Assembly: GCA_964016885.1 (NCBI GenBank)
Contig: OZ024740.1
Coordinates: 354,826,001-354,890,000 of the forward strand
Direction: 5' to 3'
Origin: Eledone cirrhosa
Taxonomy: Eukaryota
DNA length: 64,000 nt
In this document: piece by piece, positions 40,791 to 54,561 of the stretch
Numbering within the stretch: the first letter of the stretch is position 1
How the letters are laid out: the number at the start of each line of letters is the position of its first letter
Notes under the pieces: model-generated
What the model was told of the DNA's origin: nothing
Database searches by the model: none
The model's input: the letters and a program-made list of their open reading frames with translations, nothing else
Program-made: the position numbers and the translations under genes

Positions 40791-42559
40791 CGACCAGGTC
40801 ATGAAGGTCACGGAAAAAGTAATAGCGCAACTAATCAGAGAGAGAATTGATCTAGATGAAATGCAGTTCGGGTTTGTGTCAGGCAAAAGTACCACAGACG
40901 CTCTTTTCATTGTACGACAACTACAGGAGAAGTACCTAGCTAAAAGTAAACCCCTATACTTAGCTTTTGTCGACTTGGAGAAAGCCTTCGACAGAGTCCC
41001 CCGTTCCATTATCTGGTGGGCTCTTAGAAAACTAGGTGTTGATGAATGGCTTGTGAGAGCTATACAAGCCATGTATAAAGAAACAGTCAGCAAGGTTAGA
41101 ATTAACAACGAATATAGTGAAGAGTTTAGCGTAAAAGTTGGTGTTCATCAGGGCTCTCTTCTTAGCCCCCTACTATTTATTATTGCCCTTCAGGCTATAA
41201 CAGTGGAGTTCAAGACCGGCTGCCCATGGGAACTCCTATACGCAGACGATCTAACGCTCATAGCTGAATCAATGGCCGAGCTAGAGAAGAAATTCCAAAC
41301 ATGGAAGCACGGCCTAGAAGCAAAAAGGCCTTAAAATTAACCTGGCTAAGACTAAAGTTCTAGTTTGTAGGAAGGTAAATAAGGCGCCGGTCCCTTCCAG
41401 GAAATGGCCATGCTCAGTGTGTAGGAAAGGCGTAGGTAGAAACTCCATTTTATGTCCCAAATGCAAAGTATGGGTGCATAAAAGATGTAGTGGGATCACA
41501 GGTAAGCTAACTAAGAACATAGATTTTACATGTGGCTGGTGCTCTGGTGCAATAAGTAGCAGCAAGTGCCCACAAAATACTAGCTCTTTCAATTGCGCAG
41601 AGGGTTCTATAGAAATAGTGGACAGCTTCCGTTACCTGGGTGACAAAATCAGCAGTGGGGGAGGGTGCTCTGAAAGTACAGTAGCTAGAGTCAGAACTGG
41701 ATGGAAAAAGTTCAGAGAGCTTATACCACTATTAGCCGCTAAAGGGTTCTCCCTAAAAATGAAAGGCAGGTTGTATGATGCCTGCATACGAACAGTAATG
41801 TTGCATGGCAGTGAGACCTGGGCATTGTGTGCAGAGGATATACGCAGACTAGAGAGGAACGAAGCTTGCATGCTCCGCTGGATGTGTAATAGTAATATAC
41901 GTGAACGGCAAAGCATAAACGAACTAAGGGAAAAATTAGAAATAAGAGGGATCAGATGTTGTTTACTCGAGAGAAGGCTACGTTGGTATGGTCACGTGAT
42001 GCGCATGAAAGACGACAGCTGTATAAAAAAGTGCAGGGCAATAAAGATAGACGGTAGCCACGGAGTAGGCAGACCCAGAAAAACCTGGGCCGACCTGATA
42101 AATTCCGACCTCACACACTTACACCTCTCCAAGACAATGTCACTGGACCGAGATCTTTGGCGGTACTCAGTAATAAAGAAGACCCGCCTTACAAAGTAAA
42201 ACCTACTACAGTCAGTAGGCATCTCTAACAAAATACACCCCCACCCCATCCACATCGCCCCTTTCAATGTAAAGTTATGTTGGTGCCACAACATCCAGGC
42301 CGAAACAAATGAGATCGTGTAGGTGTCATGACAAAAAAACACACAGTCCACGCTGTAATGTGGCCGTGTAGGCAACACGGTAAAAACCTCCCAGCCCCAC
42401 ACTGTAAATGTGGTTGGTGTTAGGAAGGGCATCCAGCTGTAGAAAACCTGCCAGACAGTCCTATGCGAGCAAGACAACCACTCTTGCCTCAAGTGGGAAA
42501 ACTCCCGTCCAAACCCATGCAAGCGTGGAACATGGACGTTAAACGATGATGATGATGAC
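40791..42559 (+). mobile_element. 5'-truncated RTE-clade LINE (RT domain, Cys/His finger, C-terminus, 3' UTR, (GAT)n tail)
   Basis: QFGF...STTDALF, FVDLEKAFDRV, GVHQGSLLSP, YADD at 41239-41250; one extra A in 41322-41326 separates ORF 40801 from ORF 41417; stop at 42199. Confidence 0.95.
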
Positions 42560-44750
42560 AAAAAAGACAAAAAAGCTTTGATAATTAAATATGGCAATTA
42601 AATAACCACCCGATTACTAAACTAACCGAGGAATGGATTAATTATGTGATTAATAATAAAATCGAAGTGATACTTATTTGAATTTTTAAAATCAAAATTG
42701 AGGGGGGATGGTGGGTGTTAGGATGAAAGTGAAAGGCAAAGTTGATCATGGCAGGATTTGAACTTAGAACGTAGTGATATATAATTAAATACTGCAATTC
42801 TTTATATGACATTCCACTGTTTCTATTTTTATGCAAACATGAAGAATAGCTGATATAGTATGATATATCTGTATTTAAATCATCGATCAGTTAACTTGAT
42901 GTAACATAACCACTTAGTAATAACAGTATAACAGTTGTCTGCATTCTTCACATTAATAAAGAAGTAATTTGATTGTTATTTATTTTAGGACTAGTGATCA
43001 GCTTCATAACTGACAAATTGGTATGATATCAACCTTTATATATATATAATGTGTGTGGATGTGTCTATATATACACACACACACAAACAACAATAAAATC
43101 ATCACCACCACAACTCAACAAACTACCACTATCACTAAAGCAACCAACATTTCCCAACTATCATTATATAATGTCTATTTTCAGTTCATAGACAAGTTGG
43201 GAACAACTTATTTTCTATGCTGGATTTAGTTGAAGCTCTCTATCTGACAGCAGATCAAGCAGTACTGAGAGAAATATGGTAAAATAGGAAGACAAACTGT
43301 TTTTTTCCTCTTCTCAAAGTGTGATACTCAACTTGCCTCAGTGAAACTAAGTTCAAAATACATACAACTTAATCCTTTTTTGCTATATTTCTAATAAAAG
43401 ACACTGCTTCTGATATTTGAATAATTTTGAAAATAATCAAGAATTTTGGAAATTTAGTAAAAAAACTAACTTTCTCATTATTTAGCTGGTCTTTGGAGCT
43501 TAACTTGAACCACTTGATACCAAATTGCTGAACTGCTCTTGGCTCTATGGCACAGACCTGTTTATTGTAAAGTGTACATATTTATCTAAAAATCTTCCAT
43601 CATAATTTTATGTATGAATCTTTATGTTCCAAACATCAGATAATAGTGAGAAAGCTACTAATCTATCCAAATTTTTGATTATTTTAAAAATAATTTGAAA
43701 ATTGTTTTTCATTAGGAACATGGTATTGAAAGGGTTAACAAAGGTTCTCACAGAGAATTACAATGGAAGGTTTTTTGATAAATACAAACACTTTAAAATG
43801 AACGCCTTTGTATCATAGCATCAGAGGTGGTTTCAAGTGGTTTGGTATCAAAAGGGTTGTGTGGGTAGTGTTAACATATTTATCTGAAATATATTGTTGT
43901 CAATATCATTATAATTCTTCTAGAATCCACACTGTTTTGATTGGTTTGATCTCTGTTTGTCAGCATATGTCTCATTCTGGCTTGTGTCCATGAAAGCAGA
44001 CTGGATTTAAACTGGATAAGATATCTAACTATTATTGAAGATCATATACATTAAAACAGATAAAGTTGATAGTATGAACAATTATGACATTGTGAAAAAG
44101 GTGTTTTACGATTCACTATTTGTCTATATAATATAATATAAAGGCAGTGAATTGGAAGACTCTTTAAAGTGTTAGATTAAATGATTTGTAGTGTCTGTTC
44201 TGGCGCTCTGTGATCTGAATTCAAACTCTGCTGAGGTCTTTCATCCTTTCAAGGTTGATAAAGTACCAGCCCAAGGTCATGGATTGGAATTATTGGAGTG
44301 TCAGTTGTGATCCTATGTAGTATCAGCGCTTTGTGCCCAGGTATATTTTTCATATTATTAAAATATAGTTTTATTAGTTTCCACAATATCTTGAGATAGC
44401 AGAAGTTTGTTAATCTCTTTCTTACCATATTTCTAATGGAATACATTATTTGTTTTAATTATTCTTTAAAATAATCAAGAATAAATAATTAATAAATTAA
44501 TAAATAAAATAATTAACTTTCCATTATTAGAACATAAAACTTTTTTTCCATAAAATCATGATAGAATGCTTAGGTTTAAATATAATTTCTTTAAAATGGA
44601 GCAGTTTTGTTTCAGAGAACAATGGGGTAGTTTCAAGTTGGGTTAAGGTGTGACTTATCATGAGGGTTAAGGTGTGACTTCTGCATTATAAAGCCAGTTA
44701 GGTTCAGTGAGTTATTTGACTAGTATGCATTTGTTACATTCAAATTTTAA

Positions 44751-44956
44751 CCCTTTAGCATTTACATTACTCTATATACTATTGTATTTTTGTGGTAAAG
44801 GCTTTATCTTACATAATATCGAATCTACGAGATTTTGATGTTATTTATTTTGAGAACATTACCTTAATGTAGGTATGAGCAGCCAGTTACAGCCAGTTTG
44901 AATAGAAAGAGGTGAGAGAGTTCTGGCCGGATATGGCCGGTTTAAATGCTAAAGAG
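44751..44956 (-). mobile_element. piggyBac-like MITE family A
   Basis: TTAA-CCCTTTAGCATTTA ... TAAATGCTAAAGAG-TTAA. Confidence 0.85.
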
Positions 44957-45639
44957 TTAAGTCAGATTTTTTTTAAGTTAATTGTTTTTTTTTTACTGTT
45001 GTCTCAGGGCCTCTATGAGAAGTGGGAGGGAGGCACGAAGATATTCTCCACCTGGAGGCTTGGCTCAAATTCAGAATAGGCTTTGCTGAAGGCCCTCTAT
45101 GTTCTTGGTGTTAAAGTAGTGACTAATTAAGTTTATGCTGGTTTATGTATAAAAAACAACAATCTTTAGTGATCTTATAGTTGTTAAAATCTTTGCTTTA
45201 AACACCATTTAGTATGTTATAAAGTAGGTGATTGAAAGGTGACTTACTTTCTTCTTATTTATTTATCTTGCTATTATCTTGAAGAGAATTTAAATATGAC
45301 AACCTGTGATTTATTTTCATGGGAAATATATTTGTTTCTACAATGCACGAGAATAAGGTTGAATGATGTAACTAATAAACCTACAATAGATCAGTTTATC
45401 TTTGCTGTGAGCCAACACATGTAATTGTGATTTTAGTGTGTTGCTGGTAGGTATTGTTTATTCATCTAGCTTGTTTTCTTTATACCTCTCCCTACCATTT
45501 CTCTAAAAAATGTTTGCTTTCTTTCTCTCACATGTAAACAGATATGCATGAACATGCAGATGTATGTACACACACATGCTAACTTTGTATGTACACACAC
45601 TAATACACTTTCTCAAACATATACAGGTGTGTACTTCAG

Positions 45640-45880
45640 ATACAACACGTTTAGGTATATGAATGTGTGTATATATACATCTACTTATAACAACACAGAC
45701 ACAACACATTTAGGTATATGTATATGCTCATAACAACATACTTGCATATTCCCTCATTTAGGTATATGTATGTATAAATACATATGCTTATAACAACACA
45801 GACACAACACATTTAAGCATATGTATATATGTATATACTCATAACAACATACTTGCATATTCCCTCATATGTATAGACTC
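45640..45880. repeat. local imperfect tandem repeat
   Basis: ACAACACAGACACAACACATTTA and CTCATAACAACATACTTGCATATTCCCTCAT each occur twice. Confidence 0.7.
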
Positions 45881-45957
45881 ACACATAACGCAGATATTTA
45901 CAAAAAATGTATAGATAATGATATGCCTTATATTTTTGACATTTTTAGACACAATAC

Positions 45958-46777
45958 TGAAAGGCAGGCTGTATGATGCCTGCATACGAACAGCAATGTT
46001 GCATGGCAGTGAGACCTGGGCATTGTGTGCAGAGGATATACGCAGACTAGAGAGAAACGAAGCTTGCATGCTCCGCTGGATGTGTAATAGTAATATACGT
46101 GAACGGCAAAGCATAAACGAACTAAGGGAAAAATGAGAAATAAGAGGGATCAGATGTTGTTTACTCGAGAGAAGGCTACGTTGGTATGGTCACGTGATGC
46201 GCATGAAGGACGATAGCTGTATAACAAAGTGCAGGGCAATAAAGATAGACGGTAGCCACGGAATAGGCAGACCCAGAAAAACCTGGGACGAGCTGATAAA
46301 TTCCGACCTCACACACTTACACCTCTCCAAGACAATGTCACTGGACCGAGACCTTTGGCGGTACTCAGTAAGAGAGAAGACCCGCCTTACCTAAATACAA
46401 AGTAAAACCTACTACAGTCAGTAGGCATCTCTAACAAAATACACCCACGTCCCACCACCCCCACCCCATCCACACCGCCCCTTTCAATGTAAAGTTATGT
46501 TGGTGCCACAACATCCAGGCCGAAACAAATGAGATCGTGTAGGTGTCACGTCAAAAAAACACACAGTTCACGCTGTAATGTGGCCGTGTAGGCAACACGG
46601 TAAAAACCTCCCAGCCCCACACTGTAAATGTGGTTGGTGTTAGGAAGGGCATCCAGCTGTAGAAAACCTGCCAGATAGTCCTATGCGAGCAAGATAATCA
46701 CTCTTGCCTCAAGTGGGAAACCCCCGTCCAAACCCATGCAAGCGTGGAACATGGACGTTAAATGTTGATGATGATGA
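45958..46777 (+). mobile_element. RTE LINE 3' fragment, same family as 40791
   Basis: Near-identical to 41760-42559; premature TGA at 46134-46136. Confidence 0.95.
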
Positions 46778-47869
46778 ATACAGTACAATACAGCTCCCCA
46801 CCACTCATATCAGATTATAACATACAGGATAATGAAGTTAACTTACAAATATAACATCTGCTGACAGCATTATAATGCACCTGAAGAGTATCAAGAACTG
46901 TTAACTTACCATATATACTCGTATATAAGCTGAGAGATATGTGACAAAAAAAAAAAAAAAATTGATTGTAAAATTGGGGTTGGTTTATACGAAGTCAATA
47001 TTTTGCCAATTTTCACCAAATTTTACATAAATGTGGTGCAAACATACTTTGGAGGTGAATATTACATTGGTTTCACTTTGGAGTCTGCATTTTGCTTACA
47101 TTCCTGCACATAGTAGAGTGCTTTGACAGGTCAGGAGCCTGTGATTCGCATATGAGCCCCTGCACTGCTGAGTGCATTTTATCATGCCACCCATACTAAA
47201 GAGGTTGTCATGTCTTTGATACCCTTTTTCTCAGTGGTTTGCTTTAGCTGGATGCCCTTCTTATTATCAACCACTTTAGAGTTCTCTTGACCCTTCGTTT
47301 GGCAGGTTTTTTTAATCACTAAATGCTTTTTTTTATCATTAATCACTTTACATGTGTGAGTGCATTTATCAAGTAACTCACCAACACTAGAGAAGTTGTC
47401 ATGCCCTTGACACAACTGCAGAGCCGTGTACTGGGTGCATTTTTTCTTACACTAGCGCTGTTGTCAGTCATTTACTCAGGAATGGGGGTGGCCATGGGTA
47501 TATGACATGTGTGATGGAGTGGTGGAATTTGGGTGGGTAAAGAGTAGGAGGGTATGTGATGATCACAGATATTAAGGTGTTAAGACTGGTGTGTTAAGAC
47601 TTAGAGGGGAAATGATCCTGTCTAGATAATATGGGTGTTAGGATTTTTAAGTGATTGGGGTGTTAATCCTGGAGATAGAGTATGGGTTGAGGTTTACTGT
47701 GATAGTGAGAATAACTACTAAAGGGGTTGAATAGGATGTTGAATGATGGCGAGGATAGTTAGCAAGGAGCACTTGTGGAAGGGGAAGGGCACAGATAGGT
47801 CGGTAGTTGGGTTTTCACCAGAACAGCATTTTGACAATCCTGGATATAGATATATATATATACACAAAC

Positions 47870-48830
47870 AAAAGTTTGGCTGTATGATGTCTGTGTACGA
47901 TGCACAATGCTGCATGGTAGTGATTCAATTCAATTCAATTTAATATATTTGGCAGAAATTAAAACATAGATGCCATGTAAGGAGGGGAGGGGGCAAAATT
48001 TACACAGTCGGATGCATGGGCAATGAATGCAGAGGATATGCGAAGACTTGAGAAAAATGAAGCAAGCATGCTTCAATGGATATGCAATATTAATATGCAT
48101 GATGGACAAAGCATAGGTGTGCTGAGAGAAAAGCTGGGTATATGAAGAATCAGATGTAATGTGCTGGTTTGAGAGCTAATGTGGGTAAAGATGTGTATGT
48201 GTAAACTTGTCTTGCACATCGCCTTTCTTTATTTCCTCTTTTGGTCACTTCTGTGCACCAACACACTTCTCCTTGTCCCCTTCCTCTTTCAATCTTTTCT
48301 ATATTTCATCTGTCACCCACCTTGTGGATTGTCTCTCTGTTGATCACTGGCCGCTGGTCTCTGTCCTTTGATGCATTATTGCCCAGCGCTGTCTTTGACA
48401 GCGTTTAGCTGTATTAACGGCTGTTCTAGTGATGAGTTTTCCCATTTCTCTATGTATTCAAATACACTCTCGCTTCATCACAATCAGAGGCAACATTGTG
48501 TTTTCATATATATATATATACACTCAGTAGGCACCTCTCCACCACCCTCCCACCTCTGACCACACCTCCCTTACTCTGTAAAATTATGTTGGTATCAGAA
48601 AAAAAACATCCAGCCCACACTGTAAAGTGGTCGTGTAGGTGTCATGACAAAAATCACCCAGCACATACTGTAAATGTAGTTGATGTTAGGAAGGGCATCC
48701 AGCCATAGAAACCAAACCAGAAATAGACCTGTATGAGTGAGACACGGTCATCCGACCCAACTTGCCTCTAATGAGACAAACCCGTCTAACCCATGCTAGC
48801 ATGGAAAATGGACATTAAATGATGATGGAT
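47870..48830 (+). mobile_element. older, interrupted RTE fragments
   Basis: LYDVCVRCTMLHGS...WAMNAEDMRRLEKNEASMLQW (47880-48170) and a diverged 3' UTR at 48520-48830. Confidence 0.65.
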
Positions 48831-48857
48831 GAGATATATATATATTGAAATATATAA

Positions 48858-49116
48858 TGAAAATTAACCTAAAGTTAGGCGCTTCAATGCACATACTTTT
48901 TTTACTATGAAAAATAGGCTAACAAATTGGGCATAAAAGTCCCTGGATGGAAAAATGTTGACAGCATTGCCCATCATACACCATACAGCAGATGTGAGTC
49001 ATGTCCCATGGTCAATGCAGTCAACTTTCCTCCCGGGGCTTTTACGCCCAATTTGCTAGACTATTTTTCATAGTCAAAAACATGTGTATTGAAGCTTCTA
49101 ACTAGGTTAATTTTCA
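48858..49116. repeat. decayed long inverted repeat between TA tracts
   Basis: TGAAAATTAACCTA...ACTATGAAAAATAG...CAAATTGGGC...GTTGAC.GCATTG.CCAT is mirrored after a ~33-nt spacer. Confidence 0.8.
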
Positions 49117-51444
49117 ATAAATACATATCTGCTCAACGTTTCTAAAAATAGACCATATATATATATATATATAGCAGAGTATAAAAGTTTTAATATAGAT
49201 GAGATTCTACAGGACTAGAACTGTTTCATTCTTGAGAAATCATCAGGATGTGTGTGTATCTTTCACTGTTATGTATCAGTGAGGGATATAATCTGTACTG
49301 GAGATAAAACTGAATAAATTGCTGATTTGGGAAGGAAGTCCTTTGAGTTAGAGACATACTTTTATCACTGCGGCCACCAGAAATGTTGTGAACCAATGAT
49401 TGGCTCATTGCAAACTTGTAATCAATGACACTTTTCTTCACAAATCACAATATAAAACAAACAATATAACATAATCGCAACTAAAACTGTTAAGCTAGTG
49501 TGGAAGATAGACGTTAATCGATGATGATGATAATATGCAAACAAAGTGACTCCAAACCAATACTATCCATGAACTCAAGCAAATGTTGTCTATTTACCTA
49601 AACTCAGCCTTACCTTTCAGATATATTCTACACTAGACGTAAAGTAAAAAATAATTTGGCTTTTCATAACTAAAAAATAATTTGGCTTTTCATAACTAAA
49701 CCCCAAAACATAACAACAACCATATCTATAGTATGGGGTGATGGATGAGATGAAGCTGCAGCTGCCATATTACTTAGTTTTTATATATATATATATCTCT
49801 GTAGCAATGTATGTACATGTGCAGGCATCTAACTATACATGCGCTGTAAAACTATTATCATCATAATCCTGATGATAATTATCATCACTAGGAAAACAAA
49901 AGTTGTTCATCACTACAGTATGGTTTCTCCTCAGTCAGTGTTATTGTCATTTCATCATGAAACTTCACTGTTCTAAAACCTCATCTAATTACTTGCCAAA
50001 AGGTCTTACATAATCGAGATATTTGACACTTTTGTGATTAAATTTCCTATGATATACAGTCTATTTCAATTAATTAATAATGAATTTTGAGGGATTTATT
50101 ACAATTATTAATTATTTCATTACTAAGATAACAACATAACATGGTTCTTATATAAAATTATGTTGGGAGATTTTAATTTAAATAGGAACCTTTTAAAATG
50201 AGTGGTTTTATTTCATAGAACCAGAGGTGGTTTTGGGCCAGGCTGGTATCAAAAGGGTTAATAAAAAACAGGTGAAACTTATATAACAACAACAAACTAT
50301 GTTTTTTTTATTTGTCTTGGAGAGGAAATAAGAGCTTAGAAATGTGTTAATCTCTTGAGTGATTGTACACTCGAGGAACAAACAATTTAATCTTGTTTGT
50401 CATGTCAAAGATTAGTATGAGTTCTCAATCATCAATTAATTGAGATACTACTTCTATCTTAATGTTAATTAATCTCTTTTAATAATTTAGATCCACCCAC
50501 CAATCTAATTTTGAAATGGCACTTATTTTATACTTCAGTCAGACTCTGGCAATAGAAGGGAAAGAAGTGTGAGCAATTGTGATTATCAGTATGAAACAGG
50601 TGATAGCAGTAGTTGACCGACTTGTTAATATGTTGATTTACTCACTGTAAGATTGATACTTCACATTCCATTATGGTACTTTACTCTGAAAGCTGATATT
50701 TAGAGCATAACAAAATAAAAAAATATATATATAAAAGAATCTTAAATAAAATTTTGATAGGTTTTAATATAAGGATAAGTATTTTAAAATGAGCAGTTTT
50801 GTATCATAAACTCAGGGCAGATTCAGGTGGTTTGATATTAAAAGAGTAATTAGCTAGTGGGTCTAGGTTCAACATATAGGTATACCTTGAAGGTATACCT
50901 CCAAGATGATTTTTCCAAGATATACTATGCAAACATGGAATCTTCAGTGGTACCTGAAAGGTTCAATGAGTTATGGTACTTTCATATCCTCTTTCTTTTA
51001 TTTATTTATTTATTTCAGTTTTGTGACCCTTTTGTCACTTTTATGCTGTATTTAACTCTTAATGTCCTCTACTGCTTGAAATTAATTAAGCAAGGCATTC
51101 TTAAAAAAGTACAAAACAGAATTAATTTAGCTTACTGCAAATTTTCACAATGATCTCTCCACTAGTAAAGATACTACAAACATTTGAATTAATAAATCCA
51201 TTTTTAGATATTTTCTGCTAAATCAATACAGGATGTTATGGTAGCTTTTTATATTGAAATTAAATGGGGCTACAACAGCAGCAAACAACAATCATTATAA
51301 GGCCAAGTTTTCTGTTAGCCATGTAGGCCCCATGAAAAGCTTTATATTCATCATGGTGTCCTTTTTGAAACAATGTTTTACAATTGGATGTCCTTCCTGG
51401 TGCCAACACTTAAAATATTTAAAATTAAATAGCCCAATCATAAT

Positions 51445-51585
51445 AATTGTTTCTACTTTTGGCACAAGGCCAGCAATTATCCAGTGCATTACTGGTACTT
51501 TATTTTATCGACCCCGTAAGGATGAAAGGCAAAGTTAACCTTGGCGGAATTTGAACTCAGAATGGCAATGACCGTAACTCTATGC
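51445..51585 (-). mobile_element. tRNA-derived SINE, 5'-truncated
   Basis: Reverse complement of the 3429 family. Confidence 0.8.
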
Positions 51586-52971
51586 GTTAAGATTAATTTA
51601 TATAAAGGAGAGCCAGGTCCACGGAGCACAGCCCCATTACCACCGTGCCCTAGGCCCAGAACCCAATCACCCTCCCCCTCCACCATTCTTCTGTGACACT
51701 AGAGCCCTTGCCAATCCCTTCCTTTCCTGTTTTTTTTATTTATATTTTATTATTTTACATTCCATTCTCTCTTAATCTAATCTTTTTTTCTCTTTCTATT
51801 AAATTGTGTTTCGTACCTATCTGGTGTTGGTGCATTGATTTCCAGTTTTCTAATTATTGTATCTAAATTTCATATATGAAGATTATTATCCATGGCCTCA
51901 TCTGTTCAATATTTTTTGATTGAATTTTGTCTGAAATTTTTTTTGTTTTATATGAACTCATTTAATACATGCGCTACCCTACATTTGGCATATATTTGAT
52001 TTTTATTTCTATGAAAGGAATCGGTTGTATGCAGGAATCTGTTGTTTTTCAATTACGTGGACCCTCATGTGTCAATAGGTTTGTCATTTCCGATCTCAAC
52101 TGCACAAGCTTTTCATATATTTCTCTCTTCACACACACACACGCACACACTATCATTTTACATTTTCTTTCCATGTTGGCATAGGTTGAGTAAGTAATTT
52201 CTGTGTTAGATCTTATTCAGAGTTATTGCTCTTTTGGATGGGTCAGAGGATCACACTTTGCTCATGTTCCATTTTTGGCAATGTTTCTATAGTGTAATAC
52301 CTTTCCTAACACTAACTATGGTATTTAGGTCATGTTTGATCCTCTATAAGTCTAATATGAGAGTCAACTGAAAAGATCATAGGCTGACCAAGATACTCTC
52401 ATGGAATGGCCAAATAAAGTACATTTTTCAAAGTACCTAAAACTGATGTTGGTCCTTTGATATAGAACTGTTTGTTTTAAAATGTTTATGTTTATCTAAA
52501 AACCCTCCAGCACCATTTCCTGTAAGAACCTTAAGTTCCAAATGCCAACTTAATAATGAGAAAGTTAGTTATATTACTAAATCCCTTCAAATTCTTGATT
52601 ATTTTCAAAATCATTTGAAAATCCTAGGCAGTGTCTTTCATTAGAAATCTGGTAATGAAATGGTTAATGTTCAGAATGCTTGTGCTTATTTTTAACATTC
52701 TCTCTTCTTCAAAGCTTTCAATCAATTATTTTCTAGTTGTTAATCTGTATTACTCTGGAGCATCTTATCTAACCACAGAATTAATAAACTTTAAGTGTCT
52801 CAATAAAATATTAATTATGTAACCCATAGTTAATTACCCTACATTGTTACTATTCTATAGGTGGCCCCTGTCTATCAAGCCTCACACTTCATCAGTTGTA
52901 CTATATATATATATATATATATATAATAATAATAGTAATAAATCGAAAATATATCACTATAGCATCATATT

Positions 52972-53031
52972 TATTTCATTATATATATTTCTAGGATACT
53001 AATTTATAGTATGCTTTTATCAGATAAAATA
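52972..53031 (-). ncRNA. hammerhead ribozyme, probably inactivated (CUGAUAA)
   Basis: UAUUUUAU-CUGAUAA-AAG C AUACUA(UAAAU)UAGUAU C CUA-GAAA-UAUAUA-UA-AUGAAAUA; homologue of 57046-57110. Confidence 0.65.
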
Positions 53032-53111
53032 CAATATTTGATGTATAAGATAGTGACATACCTGTTTAATACTTATCAACAAAGCATATAACTCATTGTT
53101 TATATATATAT

Positions 53112-53773
53112 AGCATAAACGAACTAAGGAAAAAATTAGAAATAAGAGGGATCAGATGTTGTTTACTCGAGAGAAGGCTACGTTGGTATGGACACGTGAT
53201 GCGCATGAAAGTCGATAGCTGTATAACAAAGTGCAGGGCAATAAAGATAGACGGTAGCCACGGAATAGGCAGACCTAGAAAAACCTGGGACGAGCTGATA
53301 AACTCCGACCTCACACACTTACACCTCTCCAAGACAATGTCACTGGACCGAGACCTTTGGCGGTACTCAGTAACAGAGAAGACCCGCCTTGCCAGTAGGC
53401 ATCTCTAACAAAATACACCCCGTCCCACCACCCCCACCCCCACCCCCACCCCATCCACACCACCCCGTTCTATGTAAAGTTATGTTGGTGCCGCGCCATC
53501 CAGGCCGAAACAAATGAGATCGTGTAGGTGTCACGACAAAAAAACACACAGTCCACGCTGTAATGTGGCCGTGTAGGCAACACGGTAAAAACCTCCCAGA
53601 CCCACACTGTAAATGTGGTTGGTGTTAGGAAGGGCATCCAACTGTAGAAAACCTGCCAGACAGTCCTATGCGAGCAAGACAATCACTCTTGCCTCAAGTG
53701 GGACTACCCCCGTCCAAACCCATGCAAGCGTGGAACACGGACGTTAAACGTTGATGATGATGATGATGATGAT
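53112..53773 (+). mobile_element. RTE LINE 3' fragment, same family as 40791
   Basis: Near-identical to 41912-42559; abuts a (TA)n run; (GAT)n tail. Confidence 0.95.
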
Positions 53774-54458
53774 ATATGAAAGACGTAAAATAAGAATATT
53801 ATAAAAATTAACTTACTTACTAAAATTTCACTCCAACTAATTAGTTTCTGAAAGGGAATAAACATGGTTTCCGAATGGAACGCATGGAGAAGGCCTTTCG
53901 TCATCAGGAAGTCTATTCTCAGCTAAGTTCCCAGGCGATGCGTGGACACAGGGAACTTATACAAAAATAATTCAGTGGATGGAAAAAAGCAATAAATTCC
54001 AAGACATTGAAAAAATCACTGCCTACTTGGTCGGTGGCAAATTCAAAAGAATCAATCACGTGACATCGAGGTTAATCAGTGAGGAGTGGGGTGTTAAGAA
54101 GACAGTAGCCGAACTATTACTATGAACTATAGTAGCAGTTTTGGCAAATTTTTGCTCAACAAAATAATTAGTATATAATTATAAAGAATTAGTATATCTA
54201 CCAACATATATATACAGATGCATACCTATGCTAGCAAATATATAGGTTTTGTCTTAGTAACTTTGTGGTTCAATGCATTTAGGCTTGATAGACAGGCGCC
54301 ACATATAGAATAGTAACAATGTAGGGTAATTAACTATGGGTTACATAATTAATATTTTATTGAGACACTTAAAGTTTATTAATTCTGTGGTTAGATAAGA
54401 TGCTCTTTTAGTAAGTAAGTTAATTTTTATAATTTTCTTATTTTACGTCTTTCATATA
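53773..54458. repeat. inverted repeat pair B/B' (53-bp arms at 53773-53825 and 54406-54458)
   Basis: TATATGAAAGACGTAAAATAAGAA.ATTATAAAAATTAACTTACTTACTAAAA is mirrored with one mismatch. Confidence 0.9.
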
Positions 54459-54465
54459 ATTCTTT

Positions 54466-54468
<3 letters not shown>

Positions 54469-54550
<82 letters not shown>
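54469..54550. repeat. (CT)n microsatellite
   Basis: Direct reading; explains the RERERE ORF. Confidence 0.95.

Positions 54551-54561
<11 letters not shown>

Larger units (their letters stand above)
52758..54405. repeat. inverted repeat pair A/A' (125-bp arms at 52758-52882 and 54281-54405)
   Basis: Reverse-complement match with about 2 mismatches. Confidence 0.9.

Noticed and set aside
46855-46888. Minus-strand mini-exon candidates (also ~49614 and ~57551)
   Set aside because: Splice-like dinucleotides occur by chance in AT-rich DNA; no consistent reading frame links them
48385-48435. Hammerhead-like remnant on the minus strand (AGC...GCUAAACGCUGUC)
   Set aside because: Both core boxes and stem I are defective
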